Below, piece by piece: positions 48,940-62,280 of a stretch of 64,000 nt of DNA. A program made the position numbers and the translations under genes. The notes beneath the pieces are model-generated. The model was not told where the DNA came from. It worked only from the letters and a program-made list of their open reading frames with translations, and did no database searches. This DNA is from Octopus vulgaris (Eukaryota), in NCBI GenBank assembly GCA_951406725.2, contig OX597817.1:67022001-67086000 (forward strand), in the 5' to 3' direction. Position 1 is the first letter of the stretch; each line of letters starts with the position of its first letter.

Positions 48940-49135
48940 CAGGAAGCTTTACGAAAATAAACAAAAGACGACGGCAGGTGGAGTACAAACAAACAATTGT
49001 ATTAGTATGGCGCTCAGGAATAGAAATAAAACAAGTCTTTTACGTTTCGAGCCTACGCTCTTCAACAGAAAGATACACAGAAAAGAAACACGGAGAGAAA
49101 CAAGGAGAGAGGAAAATGCGTGCAGGAGCTAACGA
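48940..49135 (-). mobile_element. Short non-coding repeat carrying a minimal hammerhead-like motif
   Basis: Minus strand tcttt CTGTTGA a gagc-gtag-gctc GAAA cg TA aaaga (49036-49073); second copy at 54770-54955. Confidence 0.65.
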
Positions 49136-49139
49136 ATCA

Positions 49140-49168
49140 ACATGTATGCATGTATGTATGTATGTATT

Positions 49169-49230
<62 letters not shown>

Positions 49231-49703
49231 TGCGTGCGTGCGTACATACGTACGTATGTATGTATGTATGTACGTATGTGTGTGTGCATGTACGTATGTA
49301 CGTATGTATGTGTGTATGTACGTATGTACATATGTATGTGTGTATGTACGTATGTACGTACGTATGTATGTATGTATGTATGTATGTATGTATGTATGTA
49401 TGTACGTATATGTATGTATATATATATATATATATATATAACATTATATAATTAGGGCTTAGTAAAATAAATTACTTTGCCACATACTGAACTTTCTAGA
49501 AATAGCAGCCAAAAAAGTTTTTTAGCCATTTCCACTACTTAAAGAAAATTTCTCTCAGATAATGTTTACTCAAAATAACTCACGAAGGTATGGAGGTAAA
49601 AACAGAAAAATATCACAAGTACAAAGATTATTTGTTGATATATATATATATATATGTAGATGTATCTATGTATATATATATATATATATATGTAATATAT
49701 ATG

Positions 49704-49734
<31 letters not shown>

Positions 49735-49777
49735 ATATATGTATATATATATATATATATATGTATGTATATATATG

Positions 49778-49841
<64 letters not shown>

Positions 49842-49913
49842 GATGTATCTATGTGTATATATATGTATATATATATATATATATATATGTATGTAGATGT
49901 ATCTATGTGTATA

Positions 49914-49953
<40 letters not shown>

Positions 49954-49973
49954 GATGTATCTATGTATATATG

Positions 49974-50013
<40 letters not shown>

Positions 50014-50280
50014 GATATATTAATATATATATGTATGTATATATATATATATATATATATGTATGTAGATATATTAATATATATATATACACATGTGTAT
50101 ATATATATTTATCTATACATATGTATGTAAGTACATATACGTATATATATATATATATATATGTAGATGTGTGTTTATATTTATATACATGTGTATTTAT
50201 ATGTATGTATATATCCATGTGTATATATACTTATATATATATATGCATATATATATATATATATATATGTATATGTATAA
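49140..50280. repeat. Compound (TATG)n/(TG)n/(TA)n micro- and minisatellite block
   Basis: Direct reading; recurring gtatgtagatgtatctatg higher-order unit at 49650-50070. Confidence 0.95.
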
Positions 50281-50282
50281 GT

Positions 50283-50590
50283 CATGCAGGGTTGGTCAGA
50301 CGTCAGAGAACTCGCAGGAATTAACCCCTTGTAATTTGTGATAGGGTTGTTGTTCCCCATACGACATGTGCAACTGTGGGAAGAGGTGCTCTTCAGTTGG
50401 AGGATTGAAAGGGCATATGAAAAGACATCATACTGTGGCACCTGCTCCCTCTGCCAGCCAGCACATCTGTACATTATGCAATAGAATGTGAAAATATTTG
50501 GCTGACGCAAGGGCCTCATATTGCATCATTAATGGCTCACTTCAATGACTCTTTTAAGCAATGGCTTTGCTCGGGCACGATAAAACAGCT
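50283..50590 (+). mobile_element. RTE-type LINE 3' end with C2H2-like fingers and (TATG)n tail
   Basis: CNCGKRCSSVGGLKGHMKRH..CTLCNRM followed by a short UTR running into (TATG)n at 50590. Confidence 0.6.
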
Positions 50591-50611
50591 ATGTATGTAT
50601 GTATGTATGTA

Positions 50612-50648
<37 letters not shown>

Positions 50649-51404
50649 ATGTATGTATGTATGTATGTATGTATGTATGTGTGTGTGTGTGTATGTACGT
50701 ATGTATGTATGCATGTATGTATGTGTGTATGTATGTATGTATGTACGTATGTATGTATGTGTGTATGTATGTATGTGTGTGTGTGTATGTATGTATGTAT
50801 AATGAATTCGAAGGTATAATAGTGTACACATGCAAGCACCCATATTCATGTCGTTGTGAGTGAACGGAACGCGGACTGTATGCGCAGAAAAGAAATGATA
50901 GGCATTGATACGTAGAGAACGAAAGGTTGAAAGATAGCGAGGGTGTGAGGGAGAGAGAAAGGGTGAGAGGGAGAGAACATAGGGAGAGAGAAGGAGGGAA
51001 GGGAGAAAAAGAGAGAGTGAGTGTTGAAAAGGGAAGGGAAAGGAGTATAAGAAAGATAGATTATGAGTGAGTGTTTATGGATAAGTGCACTTTTGTGCGT
51101 GTGAGTAATTGTGAGTGATTGTGTTTGTGTGTACACGTGTCTTAAATTATACATACATTTATAGCTTTCTCTCTCTCTCTCCCTCTCTCTCTCTATATAT
51201 ATAAGTGTGTGTGTAGAGAGAGAGAGAGAGAGGATGATAGAATGAGAGATGTGTGTGTAGATATAGATTATATCAAACGACAAATATACTAACAAATCTT
51301 TACCCTACTTTCAGTTTCACTTTTGGAATGTGTCTGAATGTGCGCGCGCATGTATGTGCGTGCGCACGTGAGTTTCTGGGAGTGAATGTGTGTGTGTGTG
51401 TATC

Positions 51405-51460
<56 letters not shown>

Positions 51461-52119
51461 TGTGCGCTCACGCTTGTGTAAAGTCCATAATACAAAAGAA
51501 ACATTTGAGGTCCCGTGTAGGTGGGGGCAGAATAATTTCTGATGTCACGAAAATAAGTAAACAGGATATAATATCATTTAGTTGGCGTTCAAATAAATGT
51601 ATTTCATACACATAAATTAACCTTTACTGTTAAAAAAAAATTCATTGTACTACAATAGTATAGGACTGGAGTAAACTACAAAAAAGTTTTAGTTAGCAAC
51701 AACAAAAAATTGCGTCAACTATATAATGATAATAATAATAATAATAATGCAGTAAAAAGAATGCAACAGAAAGATCGCATGACGCATGGAACAGATTAAA
51801 TGATACATATCATATAACGGTGAGCTTTGATAATAAAAAATAATTATAGTTATAACATGAAAAAAAAAATGGAAAGAAGAATAGTAGACACACAGACATT
51901 CACTTTCCCTCTCTCTCACCTCTCTCTTTCTCATCTACACTACACTTTGCACATATAGATACATACGCATACCACCTCATATATTACTTATTACTCATAC
52001 GTATACACACACACACACACAGTCGCGCAGACGTATGCAGAAGAAGCGTGCTTTATTCTGCCCAAAAGAAAATATAGACAAGAAAATTTCTATAAATTTG
52101 AAACAAACAAATAAATGTA

Positions 52120-52152
<33 letters not shown>

Positions 52153-52230
52153 GCACACACACATAAACACATTCATACACACGCGCACATAAACACACGG
52201 ACACAGGCATTCACACAGACACGCTCATAC

Positions 52231-52266
<36 letters not shown>

Positions 52267-52337
52267 GCACACACACATAAACACATTCATACACACTCAC
52301 ACATTCACACACATACACAGGCATTCACACAGACACG

Positions 52338-52391
<54 letters not shown>

Positions 52392-52503
52392 GAAGCCGAT
52401 ACGATCACCAATAATGTCAGCAATCGGTTATTGTACTCAAAATTAGTGTGACCGAAAGAGATCACAACAAATAGCTTCCACACAGCACATATTATATATA
52501 CAT

Positions 52504-52725
52504 AGGCGCAAGCGTAGGTGTGTGGTAAGAAGCTTGCTTTCCAATCATATGGTTCCGGGTTCAATCCCATTACGTGGAAACTTGAGCTAGTGTCGGGCCG
52601 ACCTGTATCTGTGTTTGACAAGTGATGTCGGTGAGCTTACGTCCCTTCAACTTAGCGTTTCGGCCAAAACCCCCATAGAATAAGTGTCAGGGATACAAAG
52701 AATAAGTCCTGGGGTCGAATTCTTC
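52504..52725 (+). mobile_element. SINE family B with intact head (deleted body)
   Basis: ggcgcaagcgtaggtgtgtggtaagaagcttgc..ggttccgggttcaatccc. Confidence 0.75.
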
Positions 52726-52759
52726 GTGTGTGAATGTATGTTCTCTTCCTTTTTTAAAA

Positions 52760-53460
52760 ATTATTTGAAGATTTCTTGTAGAGAAGGAGCTGTTTTCTAA
52801 CCAAGGTACAATACGCATTCGTTGCGATGTAGGTAACAAAAACAATACCACATTTTGAACTTGAGAAAAATCTTACATATTTTTATTGTTCCGCTTACAG
52901 ATTGTACTTGTAATGTGTATGTTAGCTGTTTGTGTATGTTAGCTCGGGTTTTGTGAAAACCCTAGCCTTTTCAGATTGTTACTTTAGCATTTACGACAAC
53001 AATTATTAATTGCGACGGTTATTGGTACAAGTGAGAATCTATAATCTGATATAGAAGCTGAAAGTCTCTGATTTTTGAAGAGATATTCACATCAGCAAGA
53101 CCGGTCAGTTAAGTATGTATACATTTCTCTTTTAAATTTAGAGTTAATTTTGACCGGCCATCTGCTTGGTTGCAAATTTGTGAAGAAAAGCATCTTTTGT
53201 TCATCATTTAAATCTTAAGAATGCCTTGCAGACTTCTATTGTCCCAGATATCGTGATCAATGGTAGAGTATGAATTCAGGAGTTGCATTTCTTCCCAAGC
53301 TCTCAAGTCCAGGCGGATTTGTATGTATGCTGTTACTGAGGTATGAAGCTGAGTACTAGATTTGCAAACTCTATCAGTGGGCCATATATGTTCGCCTGTA
53401 TTTATCTGACCACGTTGGTATCCAGACGGTAGCTGATTTGTATACGTTCAGATTTGTATG
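52760..53460 (-). mobile_element. RLE-type LINE 3' fragment
   Basis: Aligns by eye with 23400-23830 (cttgagaaaa.tctt.cata..tttta.tgttccgctta.agattgta and the 3' UTR). Confidence 0.7.
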
Positions 53461-54214
53461 GTTTATTTTATGTATGTCTTATGCATATACCTGCACACCT
53501 AGACATGATCATATATACTTAAATGATAAACTTGAAAATTTTTTCAGATTTTTACAGTTCCAGTGATGGCTTGGATCTGTAGTCTTCGAATCAGCTTCCT
53601 CCTTTCTAGTTTTGAGAAGCCTAGTTTCTCAAGATTGGTATTTAGGCAATGTGCCCCAATAATTGCAAGTATTTATGTATGTATGTATGTATGTATGTAT
53701 GTATGTATGTATGTATGTATGTATGTATGTATGTATGTATGTATGTATATGTAGGCACAGGTATAGCTCTGTGGTAAGAAGCTCTCTTCCTAGAAATATT
53801 GTTCGGGTAAGCGTCATCCATCTTAGCCTTGTGAGCAAATTTGAGAGACGGAAACTGAAAGAAGCACGTCATATAAATGTGTGTATGTGTGTGAGTGTGC
53901 GTGTGTGTACGTGGGTACATTTGTGTGAGTATGTGTGTAGTTGTGTGAGCGATTTCGTATTTCCATCACATTCGCTGGTGTGTGAGCAATAGCTTACTAG
54001 TGGTGTCATTTGCTCGCAGCCCACCTGGAAAGCGTATTCATGTTGTTTGTTGCTCAGTAAACAGGGAGTTTTTTTTTTTTACCTCGCTTGGAAACAAATG
54101 GGGTTTGGCGACAGAAAGGGCATCCGTCTGTGCGTAGAAATTTTTCTACCACTTATGGAAAAGAAGACGTTAAAATAATGACAATGATGATATTTGTGTG
54201 TGTGTGTGTGTGTG

Positions 54215-54253
<39 letters not shown>

Positions 54254-54769
54254 AATGGAGAATGTAAAATTGCCATCTCTTCTAAAGTACTGTCCCCGTT
54301 TGCGCCATCTTTCAAGCGGTATCTTTTCTAGCAGTATTCTTAGTATATTTCAGACATAAGAAGCAACTGCTTTGAAGTCTTAAAATGAATTTGACCAGGA
54401 AATTAGGCAGCTGCTACCTCAGATATAAATAGGTTATGTTCAAAAGTTATTAAGGGGTTCTAAATACCACAGAAGGCAGAAAACAATTTACGAGTAGGAA
54501 TCTAATCTCCAGAACAACTGGAGTGGTAAATAATATGCTTCCTAAATGCATAGTTACTGGTTCAATATCACTGAGTGGCGCCTTGGGTAAGTGTCTTCTG
54601 CTATAGCCCCGAGCTGACCAGAGCGTTGTCAGTAGATCTGGTAGACGGAAACTGAAAAAGCCCGTCGTGTATACGCACACACGCACACATATAAATACAT
54701 ATATAATTATATGTGTAATTTTTTGGAATAATGGGTAATGTCAGTGTATTCCGTTTCTTTCATCAATCA

Positions 54770-54951
54770 TAGCCACTACAAACATTTTTTTCTCTCCTTA
54801 TTTCTCTCCTTGTTTTTTTCTGTGTCCTTTTCTGTAGAAGAGCGTAGGCTCGAAACGTAAAAGACTTTTTCTATTCCTGAGCATTATACTAATACATCTG
54901 CTTGTTTTGTACACCACCTGTCTTCGTCTTTTGTTATTTTTCGTAAACTCT

Positions 54952-54955
<4 letters not shown>
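54770..54955 (+). mobile_element. Second copy of the hammerhead-like short repeat
   Basis: ctttt CTGTAGA a gagc-gtag-gctc GAAA cg TA aaaga at 54827-54864; the following ~90 bp matches the reverse complement of 48945-49035; ends at (TA)n. Confidence 0.65.
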
Positions 54956-54987
<32 letters not shown>

Positions 54988-55559
54988 AAAAATTATATAT
55001 AAAATTTACAAAAGGGGACAAGAACGCAAACCACACAAAGAGACGACACAAAAAAAAAAACAGACAGGTCATTCGAAGCCTCTAATCTTCAGTCAGGAAC
55101 CGGATCATCTTAGCAATTTCGGCTGATTAATCCTGATATCGCTCCGATCCGGCCAGCCCCAAGGAAAAACTAAGCTCCGAGCATTAGATTTCTTGGAAAA
55201 AGGATCGAATGTATACGAAACAAGGACAGAAAACCGGACGATGCCACACGAATATAAATACAAGAAAATAAAAAATAAAAATAAAAAACAAGAATAGTAA
55301 TAACAGGACAGCGGGAGTCTTACGACTTCAGACAATTTAACTTATCTTGGCTGGCGTATTTTGAAAAAATGCCTTTGCGGCAGACGAAGACAACAGTGTT
55401 AACATGGCAGCGGTCAAAGGCGAAAAGACCAGTTGAACAGCAGTCACGTGAGAGGAAGAAAGAAGAAAGAGAAAAAAAGGTAGGGGCAAGGAATCAAAGA
55501 GAGAGAGAAAGAAAGGGACAACAATGATATATATATATATATATATATATATGGTCAAA

Positions 55560-55920
55560 TCGAGTAATCGAACATTAAAAGCAAGAGGACATGAAAGCAA
55601 GTGCACATGTAATGTATTAGTTTGACGCTCGGTAAAGATGGAAAACAGAGACGGTTTTTGACATTTCGAGCATAGCTCTTCGTCAGAAAGGAAAACAGAA
55701 AAGCCCAGAGAAGGAAAAATATCAACAATAGCACGTGTGTGGTTATATATATGTAGTCAATTCAAATAAATGAACAATAAAATTAACAAACCAGGCAACA
55801 ATAGGGCGTGCACAAGGAATGTACTAGTTTGACATTTCGAACATAGTTCTTTGTCGGAAAGGAGAAAGGGAAAAGTCGAAAGAAGTAAAAGAAATCGTCT
55901 ACAGCACATGAGTAGTTACG
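55560..55920 (-). mobile_element. Tandem ~170-bp units with minimal hammerhead motifs (retrozyme/PLE-like)
   Basis: Minus strand ttt CTGACGA a gagc-tat-gctc GAAA tG TC aaaa (55656-55689) and a decayed copy ccgacaaagaactatgttcgaaatgtc (55830-55858). Confidence 0.6.
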
Positions 55921-56135
55921 TGTGTGTGTACCTGTGCTTGTGTTTGTCCTCAACCACCGCTTGACAACCGGTGTTGGTTTCTTTATGGCCCCGTAACTTA
56001 TCGGTTCGGCATAAAACATCGAGAGAATAAGTACCTAGCTTTAAAAAAATTACCGGGGTCTATTCTCTAGACTAAAACCCTTCAAGGTGGTGCCCTAGCA
56101 TGGCTGCAGTCCAGTGACTGAAACAAGCGAAAGAT
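55920..56135 (+). mobile_element. SINE family B 3' half
   Basis: ccaccgcttgacaaccggtgttgg..agcatggctgcagtccagtgactgaaacaag. Confidence 0.8.
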
Positions 56136-57077
56136 AACAAATTATAAACTTAACTTGGATTCGTGCATGCGTAAGCAGGCACACGCGTGTGGGTGTATGT
56201 GTGTCATAAATATGTGAATGTGTGAGCGTGTCTGTGTGGTTTAACTGATAAATATATGTTACAAACCAAATTTCAGAAATCAAGATATTACTGACAAGTT
56301 TTTTTGAAATATTCTAATAATTTTATAATTCGTTGAATGCACTCGATTCTACCACCACCTCAGAAAAGGAAAAGACCCCGCCCCATAAAAAAAAAACTGT
56401 TGCAATATCACTAATAATTCAAGAAAAATGTTTTAAATAATTTATTTTCACATTTTGAAAACAGACAACAACAAAGCAATAACAACTGAAGTAAATGTAA
56501 TAATAATGATGATTATGATGATGATTCATGGCAATGGTGGTGGGGTGGATCAAGATCATGGTAATGACGGTGATGATGATCATGGTTTGTGGTGATGATG
56601 GTGATAGCAACGATGATGATGATGATATTGACGATGGTGATAATTAGGAAAAGGAAAAAAAACGCACTACACTAATCAATATTTTCTAATATTTATCATT
56701 AATTTTTTTTCTCCTTATTAACTGAGATAAATTAAATATATAAATATCTGAAAATTATTTCGATTCGCATCAAATATATATTATCAAGTGAAAACTATCA
56801 ACAACACCATCTTAACCACCACCACCAACAACAACACTACCACCACTACTAACACCATCAGCACCAGTATCACCAGCACCACCACTACCACCACAAGCAT
56901 TATTATGAGTCTCCTCCTCCTCCTCCTCGCCATCATCATCATCTTTATTGCCGTTGTTGCTTGTGTTATTGTCATTTGCTCCCGCCAAAATAAGGTTCGT
57001 TTATCATTTTTTAACTGATCAGAAATTTCTAGATTGATACCGTCGTCGTCGTCGTTGTCGTCGTCGTCGTCGTCGTC

Positions 57078-57326
<249 letters not shown>

Positions 57327-57839
57327 GGTGGTGTAAATGATAGTAGAGGTAATGGTGGTGGTGGTGGTAGTTATGGTGATGGGTTCTGCAGTGATTAAGG
57401 AGACGGTAGTGATGGAGCTTAAAGGTAGTGACGCTGGTGGTGGTGGTGATGGTGGTGGTGGTGAATGTATGGTGGTGATGTTTTTATTGGTATTATTAGT
57501 GGTGGTGATGATGGTGGTGGTTGTGTTGATGGTGGTACTAGTGATGGTAGGGATGGCGATGGTGGTAAAGGTAATGGTGGTGGTGGTGGTGGTAGTGGTG
57601 GTAGCGTGATGATGACAGTGGGGTTAAAAATTAGCATGAATTAGAATATTGTAGTACACAGAAAGAAAAGAGCCAGTGTGACATGGATAATGAGAGAGGG
57701 GATAGTGAAAGAATGAGCGTTAGAAAGATAGGTAGAGAGAGAGAGAGAGGGGAGAAAGTGTGAGAGAAACACCACTAAACATTTCAACATAAAATGTTTA
57801 AAGCCATGGTAAAGAATGACAAAGAGAAGTTATTGAAAG

Positions 57840-57902
<63 letters not shown>

Positions 57903-58139
57903 AAAGAGAAAGAGGGAGAAAGAAATAAGGACAGCGAAAAAATGAATGAGAGAAAGGGAAAGAAAATGTAAAAGAGAGTGAGAGAAGAAGCCAGAGAAAG
58001 AAAGAAACACTTACCACCACCATCATCATAATCACAAACAACACCATTATTGTGGTGGTAGTAGTTGTAGTGGTAGTGGTGTTAAGTTTGGATAAATTAG
58101 CGAGAATAGAGATGTGAAATTTTATGACTGCTCTTTTTA

Positions 58140-58246
58140 GATAGATAGATAGACAGATAGACAGACAGACAGACAGATAGATAGACAGACAGATAGACAG
58201 ATAGATAGATAGACAGACAGACAGATAGACTGATAGATAGATAGAC

Positions 58247-58328
<82 letters not shown>

Positions 58329-58340
58329 GGATGGATGGAT
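58140..58340. repeat. (AGAT)/(AGAC)/(TA)/(GGAT) compound microsatellite
   Basis: Direct reading. Confidence 0.97.
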
Positions 58341-58726
58341 GGAGATTTCTTTTTCTTCATCTGAGAAAGATTTTCTTTTCCAGGCAAAGAGACAATCCCT
58401 AAAACAAGAAACTCTTCTCTTCACGACTTACGAGCTTATTAAGATCCAGTAACTCCATTTTATCATTTTTGCCAATGCAAACTGTCAAAAGTTTCTTTTG
58501 ACTCCTTTTTGCATGTGAAATGAAAAGTAAAATAGAGAAGGAGATGGAAAGAAAGAAATGACATAAATTAGAAAATCAGAAGAAAGAAATAAAATTTCCT
58601 TTCCAACTTGTGAGACATTAACCACAATTATTATTTTCCCTCTTTCCCTTCTTTAAAAAAAATCTTTCTTGGGTGTTGAAGGACTACTGTACGAAACGTC
58701 AAATTCTCCATTTCTTCTTCTCAGCA

Positions 58727-58890
<164 letters not shown>

Positions 58891-59030
58891 TCTGTCTATC
58901 TGTTTACTATGTAGCTGTGTTCACTACATTTTGCTTCGTTCTTGACATGAGAATAATCGTAGACATAGAGACGGTGAGGGAGGTAGCGAAGACAGAGAGA
59001 GAGAGAGAGAGAGGAGGAGAGAGAGAGAGA

Positions 59031-59066
<36 letters not shown>

Positions 59067-60293
59067 AACTTAGGGAGAATTGATATTTTTATTAAAAGTA
59101 ATAGTGTTGATGGTGACAGTGGGAGAGAGAGAAAGAGTGGGTATGTGAGAGAAAGTGGGACTGAACACTGAACTAACATGCTGAACTAAAATACTGAACG
59201 AACACACATATTTACCCTTTTTGTGGTGTTAATGGGGTGATAATAATAATATGAGCTGTAGTTGTGATAGAGACGTCGGCGGCGGTGATGATAATGGTTG
59301 TGGTGGTAACCGAGGCAGTCAGGGGTAACGGTGAGAGTAAGCGATATGAAAGACAGTGGTGATGGTTGTGGAGAGGTAGGCGGCAAAGTCTAAGGTATTG
59401 GTTGTGGTGGCGTCAGAAGTCTGAATGGTATTGTATGGTGGATGTGGTGGCGATGGTGGTGGTACTGTTGTTTATCATTCAGCTTTGCAATAAGTTCCAA
59501 GTCGATAAATTATGGCATTGGTTTGATGAAAATTGTTCATTGCTTGAAAAATATGTACTCAGTGCATGAAGTGTCATATATATATATGGCGGTGCTCCAG
59601 CATTGCCGCAGTCAAATGACTGAAACACGTTATAGAGTATATATGTGTGTGTGTGTGTGTATCTATATCTATATGTATATAGCTATGTTTATATGTATGT
59701 GTGTATGTTTGCAATGTATATATGTGCATGTGTGTATTATATATCACATGTGTGTATACACCATATGTCTACATATGGCTACATACATTCATATAAAGCG
59801 CGCACTTACTCACATACAAGCGCGCGCGCGTATCTAATTTCAATCTTGTAATATACTCATTCCTATTCCTCTACCTGGCCACATCTTGCTTTATTTTCTG
59901 TTTTTTCCCGCCATTGGGCCATATCTATTTTACTTATAACTTCATATATTCTTCTTATTCGAGAATTGTGTTCGTGGCTTTGTTTGTTTGTTTGTTTGTT
60001 TGTTTGTTTGTCTAATCATTTCCAACATTCACTTGACATTCATCTTGTGTTTAAGAAATTATATATAATTACAACAATTCGCTTGCCTGCTCTTTGATTG
60101 ATTAAATGTGATGCTATCACACTTTGTCGGTTTTTTGTCACCTATGTTCAGTGACACAAAAAGTCAAAAAAGAACATGATTGATAAATGCATAAACGCTT
60201 GATTTAAAAGTAACAAAACAGTACGAACAACAACAAAAATTATTATCATCATCATCATCATCACTACTACTATCATTACTGCTGCTGCTGCTG

Positions 60294-60347
<54 letters not shown>

Positions 60348-60392
60348 TCATCATCATTACTGATGATGATGATGGTGATGATGATGATGATA

Positions 60393-60620
60393 ATTTCTTT
60401 ATTTGCCACATGTACGACGGTTGAGGTTACACGAAGAAGGCATATTACAATAATCAGTGGATATTTTACAGAAGATTGTGTGAGAAAAACAAAGCACATA
60501 AACAAAATTAAATAAACGCGCAAAACATGAACAAAATTTAACATTATAAGCCTAAATCATATGAAAAACGCCTCCAAATGGTGTGGACGTTGTGACCTAC
60601 ACACTATGGCATGCCCTGAC
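60393..60620 (-). mobile_element. Probable L1/Tx1-type LINE 3' UTR fragment
   Basis: T-rich UTR ending tgtaatat..gtggcaaataaagaaa next to an (ATC)n tract, similar to the other 3' ends in the window. Confidence 0.45.
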
Positions 60621-62231
60621 TATTAAAAGCAAGTGTTGTATATTTGCTATAGTCTCTTACCTACACATGCAGAGTGTAGGACCATTAATTCAGGCCATAT
60701 TAGCCACTCTAACTTCAGTAATGGGCCAAAGACAGCGCCGCTAAGTGGACGCTCGCTCTGCTATAAATAACAACCAAATCTCCCACGAATCATATCCTAC
60801 TGTTTTAAAAAAGGCAACGTTGAACTATGAGGTCCTAGGTTCCTTGATCATAGGAAAACGTGACACGGTCACAGCTGGAATTATTTGATTACATTTATAT
60901 CCTTGATGATAACAGGGATACAAATTAACAAGGTTAATTTGATGAGTTTTCAGCTCGGCACATAAATAGGCGACTTAGCGCTAGTTAGTGTTGGCATCGT
61001 CGATCGACAGGTACTCCGATTAAAGTGCTAGAATCGTGTTCGGTCCATGCCTTCATATAGGTAAAAACTTGATATACAATGAACAGCCGTCAAGTAGAGT
61101 TGCGTCAGACCGTTGAGGTCAGCATTGATGTTTAGCGTCGTTGATCAACTGCTTCTGCCAAACTGTCTGGTGCAGTGTGGCACCAATATGCCTCACATTT
61201 TTGCTTTGGAACCAATAGGATTTTTTCATTCTGTTTCGTCAAGAAGCGGATTGGACTCATTTAACGGTTTTTGCTAACTCGTGTTCTTGAGCCCGCACCT
61301 TAATTCTTGTATTTTCAATGTGGACATACTCGTGATATCTTTTCTTATCCCGTTACTCCCTTCTAATTCAATTTATTTTTTCTGTTTCTATCACAGCCAG
61401 TCAACTAAAGTGTGATCGCTAACTACAAGACATTATCAGAGAAGAACTTGGAAGAAACTCATTAAAGCAAAAATATCAAAAGTTCAACATCCAGGAGTCA
61501 TGAAATGAGGTGAAACCTTCAACATGAATGGTGTTTTCGAAAACAAAGCCTGAATGTAACCAGGACTTTATAGGTTTCCTACCAGCATAAATTCTACATC
61601 AAGTTCAACAAGATATTGACAAAAACAAAGAATGTGGGATTAGAAAATGTCAGAGATGATGTGGTTGAGTTGTTACAAACTGTTGCTTATTTAATGAAGA
61701 GCTGATACACTTAGAATAAGAGCGAACGTCTGGACAAAAATAATATACAGAAGCTCCACCCCACTCAGTTCAGTTAATTGCAAAATATTGCTGAAGATTC
61801 GACGCATGTAGAAGGTATGCAAATCATTGCTGGTGACGATCCTTTACGTGGACGCAACGTAAAAATTACAAGAAACTATAATGAACATATCTCCAACAAT
61901 GATCTTTACAAAGAGATGATGTGCCGTAAATGTCAAACAAATTTGGATACGTTTTTTCATCTCTGAAAATAGATACTGATAATGATGACATGTAAGTCAG
62001 AAGTTAGTCCCCCTCTTTCTCTCAGTAATTACCATTACCCCACATTCCATTACAAAACAGTCGTCATCTTCTGCGGTGAGTACGTACTCCATTAAGCTAC
62101 TACTGTATGCTTATCTGATGCGTAGTGCATTTCTCTTCAGATGTTTATTCATACCCGAGCCCGACAAACTAGGTCTCTCTATGGAGCTTGCGAAACTTTA
62201 AGTTGTATGGGGACGAATCAAACTATCTTAC

Positions 62232-62279
<48 letters not shown>

Positions 62280-62280
<1 letters not shown>

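Noticed and set aside
48385-52621. Many overlapping long ORFs (YI, CV, MYVC, HTYI repeats)
   Set aside because: Stop-free simple repeats; no splice or domain evidence.
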